Shown here in pieces: positions 1-12,476 of a stretch of 64,000 nt of DNA (positions are counted from its first letter, which is position 1; each line of letters begins with the position of its first letter). Position numbers and translations under genes: made by a program. The DNA comes from Schizochytrium sp. TIO01 (Eukaryota > Protista > Bigyra: Labyrinthulomycetes), in assembly GCA_004764695.1 (NCBI GenBank), contig SMSO01000025.1, positions 3,286,001 through 3,350,000 of the forward strand, read 5' to 3'. A model generated the notes under the pieces. It did no database searches. It had not been told where the DNA came from and saw nothing but the letters and a program-made list of their open reading frames with translations.

Positions 1-597
1 GATGTCTACTACTCCAGAATAAGACGAGCACATCTTTCATTTCGCTCTTGGGCTGGGTACCACGATAAAACATTTGGTGCTCTGCCCATCCCCATCTGAG
101 ATTGATTACAAACAAAGCACCTGCTGCTCGGAGAACTCGGGAAAAGTCTGGGGATTCGTGAGTATAATTGTATGCGCGTAGGCAGGCCCCGCCAAGCTCA
201 AGTTCAACTCGAGCGTTTAGGCGTGCGAACCCGAGCAGGTTTCGAGCCAGGCTTTGTTTGTTTGGCCCCTTCTCCTTGAGGGGGCAACTCCGTCGAAGCC
301 GTCGCTTGGCATGACCAGCCCTTCGCAGCCTACTGACCTCGAGTTGGCAACCAAGCTTCGAAGGCCTCTTCCGAGCAACCTGGAGCTTGCTTGACCTGCG
401 AACACAAGGCAGCCGAGCATCTGCGCGCGTGGAAAAGTCCCCGTCTGTGTCCTGTTTCTTCGACCTCGAGCACCTCGTGTGCCCGAGAACCATGATCGCG
501 AACCTGAAGAGATCCGAGCCGAGGAAGACCTGCGGATTCTCGTGAAACTGGATTCTGTGCCTCCAACCTTGTGCTGGTTCGCCACAGCCAGCTTCTT

Positions 598-622
598 CTA
601 GCTAGCTAGCTAGCTAGCTAGC
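598..622. repeat. (CTAG)n self-complementary tetranucleotide microsatellite
   Basis: ctagctagctagctagctagctagc read directly. Similar arrays lie at about 10280-10292, 10456-10467, 17459-17482 and 17528-17549. Confidence 0.95.
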
Positions 623-659
623 CAAGTGTGCGATGGCAGAACCAGCGCGGGCCGAGTCT

Positions 660-691
<32 letters not shown>

Positions 692-1781
692 CGCGGAGCA
701 GCTCAAGCTGGCTGCGCTGCCTGGCGCCGCCCATCGCGAGCGCGCCGAAGTCCAAATGCATTTTGCTCCCTCAATTTGAATTCCCTCAAGGCGGCGATGG
801 TGCTCCTCTGATTTTGCGTTGCGCAAAAGATAGGAACTGGCTCACTCGTGTGGATCTTCGCGGCGCTCTCGAGATCCCTTGGGGTTCTTTCGCAAGAACT
901 CTGCCCGGAGTGTCTGGAGGTTCGCCAGCGCCCCGCTGCGAGGCGGCTTGACGGGTCTCTGGTGCCTCGGAGGCGGCTGCTCTGCCAGGGCGGTCTTGGC
1001 GGCGGTACGCAAGGTCGAGGGAACCCGTGCGTTGCCTGCATGCACGTATCCATGCAAGATCTCCTTGGCGGTGGTGGGTGCTGCGGCGTTGTTTCCAAGC
1101 GAACAAACAGTCTACGCGGTTGAGAAACCGGGTGGTGCCGTGATCGCCTTCCGTCACTCAGCGCGATTCCTTGAGCGCGACCAGCCAGCAGCCACGAAGC
1201 CCAAGTCGGTCCCACCTCCTCGGTTGGTCTCGCCTGCTTGTGCTTTCTTTCTCAGTTCCGTCGAATTCCTCGAGTTCTTCTTCAATTCGCGACTTTCTCT
1301 GTGCACGTACCGCTTAAACCGCCTATCCGTTCTGTCCTTTTGGTATCCTCTCTTTTATTCATACATAGATATATAGATACATAGATACATTACAATACAA
1401 CATACTTAAATACATTACAACATAATACAATTCAAAGCAATAAAATGCATCACAATACACTACGAAACAATCAAATCCATCGCACTACACTACACTACAA
1501 TACAATACAATACAATACATACATGCATACTCCCGATTACACGTTGTGTTGGCGAGCGAGGGCTGCGACCTCGTCACGGCGGCACCTGAACTGGCTTCGA
1601 ACTGGACTGGACCAACTCGAGCGATCGCGGCGGTGCGTCTGCTCTGTCCCGTAAACGGTCAGTCTCGGATACTTCTGCCTGCACTCTGGACAACGGAGCG
1701 GCGGCACAAATCCGTCCAACTAGTACCTCTGCGGCTCCTTCGTGCATTGCAACAGCGCGTCTTCGATGCGGATTCATTCCA

Positions 1782-1876
1782 CCAAACCCGAAGGAGTTCT
1801 CCAAACTCAAAGGAATTCTCCAAACTCGAAGGAGTTCTCCAAACTCGAAGGAGTTCTCCAAACTCGAAGGAGAACT
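1782..1876. repeat. 19-bp minisatellite, 5 copies (consensus CCAAACTCGAAGGAGTTCT)
   Basis: Copies start at 1782, 1801, 1820, 1839 and 1858, each with 0-2 mismatches to the consensus. Confidence 0.95.
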
Positions 1877-4800
1877 CACTGCTGCACGTGCGCAGAGTTA
1901 GGTTTGTCTGCCTTCACATCAAGCTCCGCCCCTTCGAGGCTGGCACCAACCAGGGACTCTCCAGAGACTCCGCGAGTGAGTTAGCTCGTCCGTTCTCTCC
2001 CTTGAAGACGTCCACTGTCTAGGTCGAAGACAAGACATTTGTGCCTAAAATCCCGATCCAAGATGCGCCTGCCTTGCTTGGCTTTGCTTGGCTTGGCTTT
2101 GCTTGGATCCTCTTCTGAGTCCTCCCTTCCTCGCTTATTTATGTGCGATGCTCGAGCATCACAGCGAGAACTCTACCCATCATCCACAGCAGAGCAACGA
2201 CGGCAGCGACGGCACTAACAACAAGAAGCAAGCAAGCGAGCGAGCAAGGAAGGAAGGAAGGAGGAAGGAAGGAAAAGTCTCGAGCAGCCAGTTAGTTCGC
2301 TGAGAAAGAGTCGCTCTTGAAACTCGAAGCGGTGGCCGAAATGGCGCAGAAGGACGGCAAGTGCGAGGCATCACGGCCCGTCATCATCAGATCTTGGCCG
2401 CCCTTGCTTTCTTTCTTTCTTTCTTTCTTTCTTGAGTTCTTTGTTTATTGGTTTGTTTGTTTCAAGGGACAGCGGATCCGGAGACTGGAATCGACGCATT
2501 TCTTCTATCTCCCAAAGCGCGCTTTCTGGTGCTTGTGCACTTGAAACTCGCAGTTCCTCCCTTTATTTGTGCGCAAGAAGACAGACGGCCTGAATAAAGG
2601 CTTTTTAATCATCATCATCATCAAGAGCAAACGCAAAGAAGAAGAAGAGGGCGCCTTTCCCATTTATTTATTTCGCTGCAAACAACTCTGAATGATTTAT
2701 TTCAAATTGAAACGAAACACGTTTCTTTCAATTTGTTTTTTAAAATTAAAATTAACTATAAAGAAATCAGATTTGGGAGAATTCCGTAAGGCGCTGACTG
2801 ACAGACTGCTGAACTATTAAAAGTAATATTTTCCAGATCTTTAAAATAAAATAAAAAGAGTTTATTATTATCAACATCTCTAAATAACTAAATAACTAAA
2901 TAAATAAAATTATATATATTTAAAGTCAAAAAGTAGAAAAACAGAATGGCTAGGCTCTTCCTTTCATCATCCACACCTACGTACTGATATAGTATCACAA
3001 GCAAGAAGATGCTTTTATTTAAAAGAAAATGTCCCGTTCAACCAATAAAAAAGAAAAGGAAAGAGAAACAGGAGAAGCATTTGATTAAAAGGAGGCTTCG
3101 AAACTACTGCATAGTCACGGGAAGGAGAGAAAACGAAGAGACTTCGCAAAAGATAAAAGGGTCTAAAGTAAGTGCCCCCTAGACTTTAAATGACCGAGGA
3201 ATTGATAACGAACTACACCCATCAGCACCGCATCAGGGATTTGATTTATTTCTCAGAGTCTCCAAGCCCCGCAAAGAAGGAGAGCTAGTTAGCCACGTTT
3301 CCGCTCTTTGACAGCTGATATATATATATATATATATATATGTGTCATCGGCCCTTCTTCTCCGCAAACAAAGCCTCCGCAGATGCTCTTCTCCACGATC
3401 AGTCATAAAACTTACAGACTAAACTTCACCCGCAAAGTCAGCTTTGGCTTTGCTGGTCGCACGGCAAGCAGTCAATAAATCAAGTAATCAATCATCAGTC
3501 TCCAGGATTGGATTGGAAATAAGGAAAAGGGAAAACCTAAGAAAGAAAGAAAGGAAGAGGCACTCAGTCATATATATACACCCCGAGACAGGCAGGCAGT
3601 TCGAATTCTGGGACCCCGCACGGACCCTTGACGGAACCCACGAAGATCGGTCCCGAGCAGACGGGTCGGCGAGCAAGCAAGCGAAAAGAAAGGAAAGGAA
3701 AGGAAGGCAAACGCAAGAAGCAAAGAAGCAAAGGCGGGCTGCACATTCCGTCCGGCCGAGAGGGCTCCGCAGACCGGTCTTGAAAAAGTGCTGCGGGACC
3801 GCAACCATCGTCTTCTTCGCGCGAACTTGCTGCTCAAAGCGAACTTGCTCTGAAGCGAACTTGAACGCTTTCTCTCACTTCGAGGCGTGCCCTCCTAGGA
3901 CTCAGCTATAGACAGCTAGCTAACCTGCCAGCTAGCTCCCTTTTGCCAAGAACACTTGAACCAGCACACGATCTTAGCGAGCAGTATTCCATTCTTACAA
4001 AACCATCCATGCATGGTACGGTAGTACCGTACACATACGCAGTGTGTACCCACAGAAGAAAGCTGTAGCAAGGCTGTGGGGGAGGCAGGGGTACGGATAG
4101 GCTGCGTCTAGTGGCCACAGCACGGCTGTTTGTGGCAGGGTTACGCAAGGGACGATCAGGGGTTGTTCGCTTTTCCTCGTCGGAGGCTGTCTCAGTGGCG
4201 AGAGGGGACGCATGACCAGGCTACCACTGTGAGTGGGGCGCGTCGGAGGGTGGGGAAAGTGGCCCTCGGGCGCAGTGCAGTTGAGAGGGCGCTGCGGGGC
4301 CTTCTCGCGTTTCGGCCCTGCGCCTTTTCCCGGCTGGGGACAGTGCGGTCAAGGAGAGGTACTCCTCAGCATTCCAGTTCTCCAGCGAGCTCTGTCTTGA
4401 GTCCCTCTCGATTCTGCAAGGCCTCCCGGTTCTCCAGCTTTGCTCTCTTGATACATACACCCACCCTTCTTCGGCCCTCGCCGCAGAGCTAGCTGCACAT
4501 GCACTCATTTCCATCCCATCTCTTCCTTCGTCCGCGTCTTCGTTCGTCAAAGGCGGCGCCGCTCCCCTCGAAGGCAGTTTGTATCTATCTATCTATCTAT
4601 GTATGTATCGATCGATCGATGTATCGATCTATCGATCAATCTGTACATCTGCCTATGTGTCTAATTCACCGCTGCGCAGAAAGAAGTCCTTCGATTCCTC
4701 GCTTCTTGGTTCTCGCAGAAAGCTTGCGGCTTTGCAGACAAAGTTACGCAGACCTGGCCGGTGATACGGTCCGCTCAGAAAGACTTCTTGGCCTGCTCGC

Positions 4801-6331
4801 TCGCGGTCGGTGGAGTCGAAGAGCGAGCAGGCTTTGGCAGGCTTTGCGAGGAGACCAAGATGGATGAATGAATGAATGAATGAGGGAATGATTGAATGCT
4901 CTGTGGCCACGAGCCTCGCCTTGGCTCTATGGTTGTCCATTGGACGACTTCTGAGGCCTTTCTGACAGACAGCAAAGAGCCGCGCTCCACATCGTTCTTG
5001 TACAAAAGGCAAAGGCAGACAGAGCCTTCCTTTTACATACGATCAGACTTAGTTGAAATGAAGACCTGTCTCGCGACGACAGAGCGATGGAGGAGAGCAC
5101 TCTCAAGTCCGAACAAGCGCGCTCCTGAAAGGCATTTCTCCCACGAGGAGTTATTGTTTTTCATCAGCTCATACCTATGTTGTGCTGTAGCCATTTACCT
5201 ATCTATCATTTTGTACAAGTTCAAAATGAATTAGTTAAAAATAAAATAAAAATAAAAGACTTGAAAAAACACTTAACTAAAAACTACTTGGCCGATATCA
5301 AGATAGAAATTTTAAAATTATTTTTTGATTGAACCATAACACTCCAAAATGTGTTTATATATCATATAACTATCATAGTATGAAAATAAAGACAAAACAA
5401 AAGAGGGAAGTAAAATAATTCCTGGGTATATAAAATGTAACATGCATGTGAAGAGGGGGGAAGGAACCGTGAAACAGGGGGGGAGAAAACACTGAAACGG
5501 AGGAAAGAAAGTAGAAGACTCCATCGAAGGAGTATATGAATCATGTAAAGAGTACCATGAAAACAAGAAAACAAGTCTCTTCAAAGTTGCCCAAAACCAT
5601 CTTCGAACGAGAGGAAGCCAGATAAGTTCGTGTTTACGACCACAATAGAAGCTCCTCACACGCGCTGCCCAATTTTCATGGCCTCTCAGAGTCTCAAAGC
5701 GTCTTGCTCAAGACATCATAAAGAGCAACAACTTCTGCAATCACCACATTTGATTGCACATTTTGACTATACCCAAGTACCTATCTAGAAATCTAGCTAT
5801 TCATAATTCTGTGTAGGTGTGTAAGGGCTTCAAAATGACGCGCGGCGGCCAAGGAGCCGGGCAACTTGAGCAAGGACGAGCTGCGCTGAGATCAGGGAGG
5901 CCGGTTCAATGGGCCTCCCACCATTACAAGAGGAGAAGACCCAGCGCATATGGGCCATAGGACATACATAACATGATTGCAATCAGCAGAAACTGAGTTG
6001 AAGAAACGCCTGCGCTCGAGTCCTCTGCGAGACCACCCGAGCGCTCGAGATCCATTGGGCCATCCATAGATAGATGAAAACAATGGCTTCAGAAATCGAA
6101 AATGGGCTGGTGTCCATCCAAGCTACTGATGGCTGATTCATAAGCCAGGGTCTATAATGGTCACCGCATCGCTTTGAAGCACCCTTCACTCTGCCGTGGA
6201 GACATTGTGCAAGTCTAAAAGGGGCTCATGCAGACGGAAGATAACTTCATTTTCGTTGTCTTCCCAAATAATAAATGAGCTATTGCTCGTGTTCTGCCGT
6301 CTGCACAAGTGCAAAGTGGTCTTTGTATCAG

Positions 6332-6381
6332 ATGACTTGGGTGCACGCACCTACAAATGACTTGGGTGCACGCACCTACAA
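6332..6381. repeat. Perfect 25-bp tandem duplication (ATGACTTGGGTGCACGCACCTACAA x2)
   Basis: 6332-6356 is identical to 6357-6381. Confidence 0.95.
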
Positions 6382-7390
6382 AATTAAACTTCGCGAACGA
6401 GTTTGCAATGTCTTCATTTGAGCCTACTTTTGCCTACAAAATTGCCATCATTTCTAGCACGTCTCTGCCGATGCAGCACGTGCAGAGGACTACTAAGGTA
6501 AAGTATAATAGATTCTATCTAGGAATCTCTGGGCTTGGCCGCTGGAAGTCGGGCTCTCTTTCCCAAATTGTAGCCAAAACTCTGTATACCCTCGTTTGCA
6601 GAAGCTGCTTAAGGCTTGTGCAAGGAGTGTATTGTGCACATGACAAACGTACGTTCAATTATACTACACATCGCTGTTGTCGATGCCGCAGTGCTGCAGT
6701 AGGCCAGTACAGCGGGATCGCGAGGTTCGGGCCAAGGGCGCCAAACAAGAGGGTGTGCGTTTCCGGCACCAATTTCCTCCTTTTGTTTGCCAGTCTTCTT
6801 ATACATAAGCGGTAGGTACCCTATTTCATCACTTATTTATTTTTATACATTCATTCATTTACTTTACATTATTATTGTTTTTAAAATAACAATTTTAAAA
6901 TAAAAATGGAGAAAGTGTTTTTAGTTTTTAAAAATATATCGACCATTTTTTTTCTTTCTTTCTTTCTTTGTATATTTATTTATATAAGAGTTATTTCCAT
7001 TGTTAGATATGCCCAATTTAGAAAAAAACAAACAAAAGACTTTTCTTCTTTGTCCCCTCCTTCAGCAAAGAGTCAAGGCACACTATTGCGCTTTTGATTG
7101 AGGAACTTCTACTGAGTACTCTTCTTCACTTTTGCTTTCCACAATCCCTCTCATCTCTTCACTTTTTGCGGTATAGTACTATCTACCTAACTTAGTCACT
7201 TTGGTTTGATTCAAACTAATCAAAGCTTTGCGCTATTAAAAGAAAGGGATCATCAATCATCCCAACTTCACCTGAGAAATGGTGTTTATTTTTTCATTTA
7301 GGGCTACCGGGTTTACCCCGTATCCTAAGCAGCCTCTTCGTAGTGAACAGAAAGGACTTCACTTCCTTTACGGCCTCAATCAACTATAAC

Positions 7391-7421
7391 TAATTAATTA
7401 ATTAATTAATTAATTAATTAA
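7391..7421. repeat. (TAAT)n self-complementary microsatellite
   Basis: Read directly. A second array lies at about 17695-17713. Confidence 0.9.
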
Positions 7422-8246
7422 TCAATCGATCGATCAAATCACTCAGAAAGCTGCCATCGCGTTCAATAACTGATACTCTGAGACTCTTCGATTGAATTCA
7501 TTCCCCTCACAGGAGTCATAGCAAGCAATCTATAGGTACGTACCGCAACAGGCATCGAGTGTCCTCGCAGCGGCCAATAGCAGAAACCATAAGCCTTCAT
7601 CCTGTCTGCGCGCACGCGACGAGACCGGGAACCTACTACCATGAGAAAGAAAGTGCTACGAGGAGCCTTTTCCTAGCCACAGTAACAGCGCCTAGCACAA
7701 CGAGCTCATGTAGGAGCTTCCTACTAGTATCTAGGCAGCATCTTGAGTTGAGCTGTGCTGTCAATTAGGATACTCTCTCTATACCGCATACATGCTTAAA
7801 CAACTACATCTATACTACATCTATACTATATATGTGTATATACTACATGTACATGTATGTGCTTACGTACCATATTGTGATGCTTGCTTGCACTTGCAAG
7901 TGCGAAGAACTCGAAGGACCCGAAGAAGACAACACCTTCTCTTTTCGAAGAGCTAACGCGCACGCGCTCGGCAGAATCTTTTCGAATAGTTTGCGGGAAA
8001 GGTGCGTGCGAGCGTGCATGCATGCGAGGAGTAGTTGGATCTTGGAGACACGGGCTCTGGCGCTCCCTCTCTCGCCTGCAACACGTGCCTGGGCTAGCTA
8101 GGACAGAATTGCATTCTTCTTGCTCGCTTTGACGCACGTAGTGCTGACTTGCTCGCTGGTGCTTGCTTGTTGCTGCATGTCTTGAGCGTGCGACCTCTGC
8201 TTTATCCAATAGAGAACGAACTGCCAAGAGAGAGACATTAATTACC

Positions 8247-8247
<1 letters not shown>

Positions 8248-8302
<55 letters not shown>
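8248..8302. repeat. (TTTC)n microsatellite
   Basis: Read directly. Similar arrays lie at about 11221-11273, 15350-15374 and 18279-18328 (the last two as AAAG). Confidence 0.95.
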
Positions 8303-11220
8303 TTCTTTTGGCTAATCAGTTATTTTCTAGGTAGGCATGATTGGAAAAGTTTAAATGGTGAGTTACAGATAGCAGTACGTTTTTTATTTTACATTTTAAA
8401 ATAAAAATTAATAGAGAAGGGTTTACTAGAGATTGCAGGAAACATTTAAAAAATGTTTTAGAGTTTTGAACTCGAACATATTTTTTCATTTTTAAAAATA
8501 CACTTTGTTGTTTTAGTCAGAAGCGAAGTAGTATTCATTTTTCCTTTTTTGGGAACATTTTGTTTCAATTACTGCTTCAGTGTCGAAAATCAGACAGTTT
8601 TCGGGTCCTTGAATGCTTGGATTACAAAAATCCAAGACGATCTTCAACTCCTGGTGAGTTGGTCGAGGGAGAGATCTTCAGCCACCATTGTCCTTCCAAT
8701 CAATCAATGTGAAGAGTGCGCGTTTGCCTCAAAGTTAAAATTGTCAACTTGACTGTGTTTGAGAGTAACAATCTTCTTGGGACCAGGGAAGCGATATTGT
8801 AGGAAAGGCTGGCACCTTTTCAATTAGACAGCAAGAAACATCATGAATCAGAGCGCATGAATTCTCGACAGCCCTTGAGCTTTCAACGATCGACAGGAAG
8901 ATCTCAGACATCTAGCACGGCGCTTTTGATAAACCAGCGGGCTTGGCACATGGAATATTCGCTGATGGCGCAATGATGAAGCCAGGCGAAATCTGGCATT
9001 CGTGGGAAACGCGATCTTATCCCATCAATCATATCACATATCATCATCCAATGCGCTGCCATGTTACCTGCCTGGGAACAGTGAGTAGGGAGTAGGTAGA
9101 AAGAAGGTGAGAACGTATTACAGCGGAGTAGCAAGCACACCGGCAGAGCACACCGGTACTATGGATGGATGGATGGATGCCAAGAAAACGAGTGACCTAT
9201 GGCGCACAAACTTCCTTCTGTGGCGTCGATTGTCGATGGCATTGCGGCAGAGCACGTAATGTTGAAACTTGAGAGGATTCCATCAACTCAAGTCGAGCGA
9301 AGGATTTCTTTCTTTGCCCCTGACAGGTGGTAGGCATCTATCTATCTGGAACAAGCATCTCTCAGAAAGTCAAAAAGGCATCGCGATTCTCGAGCGAGGG
9401 ATATCTATTAATCGAAACTTGAAGAAAACTCGATGCAGAGGGGCCAACGGCAGGTGGTAGTAGATCCTGGCAGATAATGCGATGCCTCAGGGGAACCGCC
9501 GCACTCGATGCTGGTGAAGAAGTAGGGGTCAAAGAACTTGGGAAGACTGCCTGCCTGCCTATCGCAATTCACGAAAAAGTGAAGGTTCGTTGAAAACAGA
9601 GCTTTGTAGTTTGCAGGGTATAGATCTAGCAAGATGTCTGCAAACATTATCTTTCATCTCTCATCTTGAGAGGTTCTTGATTTGGTGGCTATGAATCGAT
9701 CTCATGTTTTGGGGAAGTGAAACGCTGGGTTGGGCCGAGTAAACTGTGCGCCAAATTGCCCCGCCTGATCGTTCGTTATCATCGGAGGGAGATCTTCACT
9801 CGATTGCGCTACTGCTACATTTGTTTGGTTTCGCGAAGCAAGCAGGATCCTCATCTCTCTGACGCCCAAGTCTGCTTGATCTCTTTGTCCATCCACACGT
9901 TTCCAGCATTCCATGCAATGCGGAAGAGTCCATTGTTGTAGCAGGCAGTTCAAGCTAACTCGCATGATTACGCGCCTGCAAGGGCCAGATCATGAACCCG
10001 ACTCATGCTGCTACTACCGATGATGATGTGATCCTTCGCATACGGCGCACGAGCAGGCGAGCGAGGGATCGAGGAGGGAAGGAAGAGCAAGCAAGCAAGC
10101 TCGCGCTGCGACGAACCTGTTGCAAGTATTTCAAGATGAACATCTTGAAGCTTGGAATTCCCTCGCAGCGTCACCTGATTCCAAGTCCTTGGCAAGCAGA
10201 CTCTACGTGTCAATCACAGCCCATACATTCAGGATGGACTACCCTGCTCTCGTATCGGAGAGAAGTAGACCAACCAAGAGCTAGCTAGCTACCGAGGTAG
10301 GAAGGCAGCAGGCATCTGGGATCGAAGATGCACTGCAACCTTCACACGAGGTTGCCAGCTAGCTAGCTTTGGCGTGCTTGTAGCCAAAGATAGATCGATC
10401 CCTGGTGCCTTTTCATAGACAAAAAGACAGACAGACAGACAGTCAGACAGGCAGTAGCTAGCTAGCTCGCTCATTGATTACCTCCTGGAAGTCGCATCGC
10501 TCGTGGCACCCTCAAGGCAGCCTTCGGAACCGCATGAGCAGCCAAAAGCTCGTCCGCTCCTCCACAAACTGACTGTCTCTTGTCCAAGTCATCGTAAGTT
10601 GTTTGAATTTCGAAGCAGAGTTTGAATTTGTCAATTGCATTTCCTCCATAAAGCACCATCTGAGATGAGATTAATTTCCTTCCACATTCTATAAAATAGA
10701 TTTAAAAGATAAATTTAGTGAAGTGAAAGAAAGGGTTTTTGTTTTCCAAATGAAAAAAGTAGGTCTAGAATATCTGCCTACTCTGCATCATTTCCATGCT
10801 TCCATCCCTCCCATTTCCAGTAGGAAGCTGCTCCTCGCATGTAAATCGAGGATCATGGCGGATAAAGAACCATCGATAACTTTACAAAAAGCGAAACTGA
10901 GGAGATGAAATGACAAGCAAACAAATAGATAACTAAATAACTAAATAAATAGATAAATGAATAGGTCTTTGGTCGCCTCGCGGTCCCTGGGAGGGATGAT
11001 GATTTCGGGGGGCTATTTACAGAGCCATTTGAAGAGGCCTTCGTGTGGAGGCGGCGTCATCCCCGCCAACTGTTGTGCGGGAGGAGGCCGCCTTAGCTAA
11101 ACTAACCGAGTTGGCTGTGCTTTGCTGCGTGAGACTAACTCTGAAAACAGAAAGAGACATCATCGACCAACCGAACTGAGAAGAATGCCATGTCTTGTCT
11201 GTACGGGAGGAGGAAGGAGG

Positions 11221-11277
<57 letters not shown>

Positions 11278-12426
11278 TCTTCGTTCTTCGTTGGTTGCGA
11301 AGACGGCCTTTCACTTCGCTCATGGATGGATAAGAAAGAAGAAGACCATGCATGCTCAAGAAGCAATCGATGTGACAGCGAAGTTTGTTTGCATTGGATG
11401 AAGCAAAGGAAGGCAGCGCCACGCAGGTAATTATTGTCACAAAGAGTCGCGGAAAACACTTTGTGTGGTGATAAAGAATGGCTCTCTTTCGAGGTTCCAG
11501 CTTTTCCAGGACCAGAAGGACCGCTTCTTCCCTCATTAGAAAAACATCATCATTTGCATCTCATTATTAGGGGGAAACGAAAGAAAAGAAAAGAAAAGAA
11601 AAGAAGACTTTAGAAAGAATTGGAGACAAAGATAAGAAAAGAAGAGAGAGAGAGAGAGAGATGAGCCTTAATATTTTCTTCGTGTTTTTGAGGCGAGCTT
11701 TGTTTTCCTCGAGACGGGCGCCTGCGAGAAAAGCAAACACAGCAAACCAGCAGACGGACAGAACCCGTCGCGAAGGGATCTCAAAGCTCTCTGAGCGGGC
11801 GAGCGAGCGAGCAAGCGAGCAAGAAAGAAAGTAAGTAAGTGAGCGCACCCAATCTTGGAGGCCGAGTATCTTCTCTGTGGCTTGCCTGGCCCGACCTGTA
11901 ACAACAGCCGCGCGGACGAGAGAGAACCATTCGCACTGGAGAGAACGAGGCGACCTCTTCTCGACTTGAGGTTCTTTTTTATTTATTTTTTAGTTCTAAC
12001 CCTGAAATGTAATGGCGTCAATATATAACATGTTATATATATATTTTTAAAAAAAATGTTTTTAAGTTAAAAAGATGAAGAAATAATAACTAGTAAAAAT
12101 AACGAGCGTCACATGAAAGACAAATACTTTCATTTAAAGTTTTTTCTATTTTCAATTAGAAAACCTCTAGCTAGAGATGGAAAACTTTAAATAAAGAAAC
12201 AGAGAGGCATAAGTAAGCAAGAGAGGCGAAGGACATCTTACCTCGGTCCTTCGTTGGGATTATCGTCGAATGTCCCTAAAGCAGATAAATAAGTAGTAAC
12301 CGGCCTCTCTGAGAGAGCCCAATGAGGGATATCCTTCTATGGAACTAAAACATAAGCAGCAACAAGTTGCTTCTTCATTTTTTGTTTGTCTATTCATTCA
12401 TTCATTGGCGAGCTTACGTTGCTGTA

Positions 12427-12474
<48 letters not shown>
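12427..12474. repeat. (GATT)12 microsatellite
   Basis: Read directly. Confidence 0.95.

Positions 12475-12476
<2 letters not shown>

Noticed and set aside
1782-1876. Possible CRISPR-like array
   Set aside because: The repeats are directly adjacent with no unique spacers, no cas genes are present, and the context is eukaryotic.
6270-6340. Fragment ELLLVFCRLHKCKVVFVSDD loosely reminiscent of an IS607-type serine recombinase
   Set aside because: No catalytic YxRVS or DRL motif nearby; too short to support.
11049-11105. Hairpin followed by CTAA as a Helitron 3' end
   Set aside because: The CTRR is not followed by T, the hairpin is longer than typical, and no RepHel remnants are recognisable.
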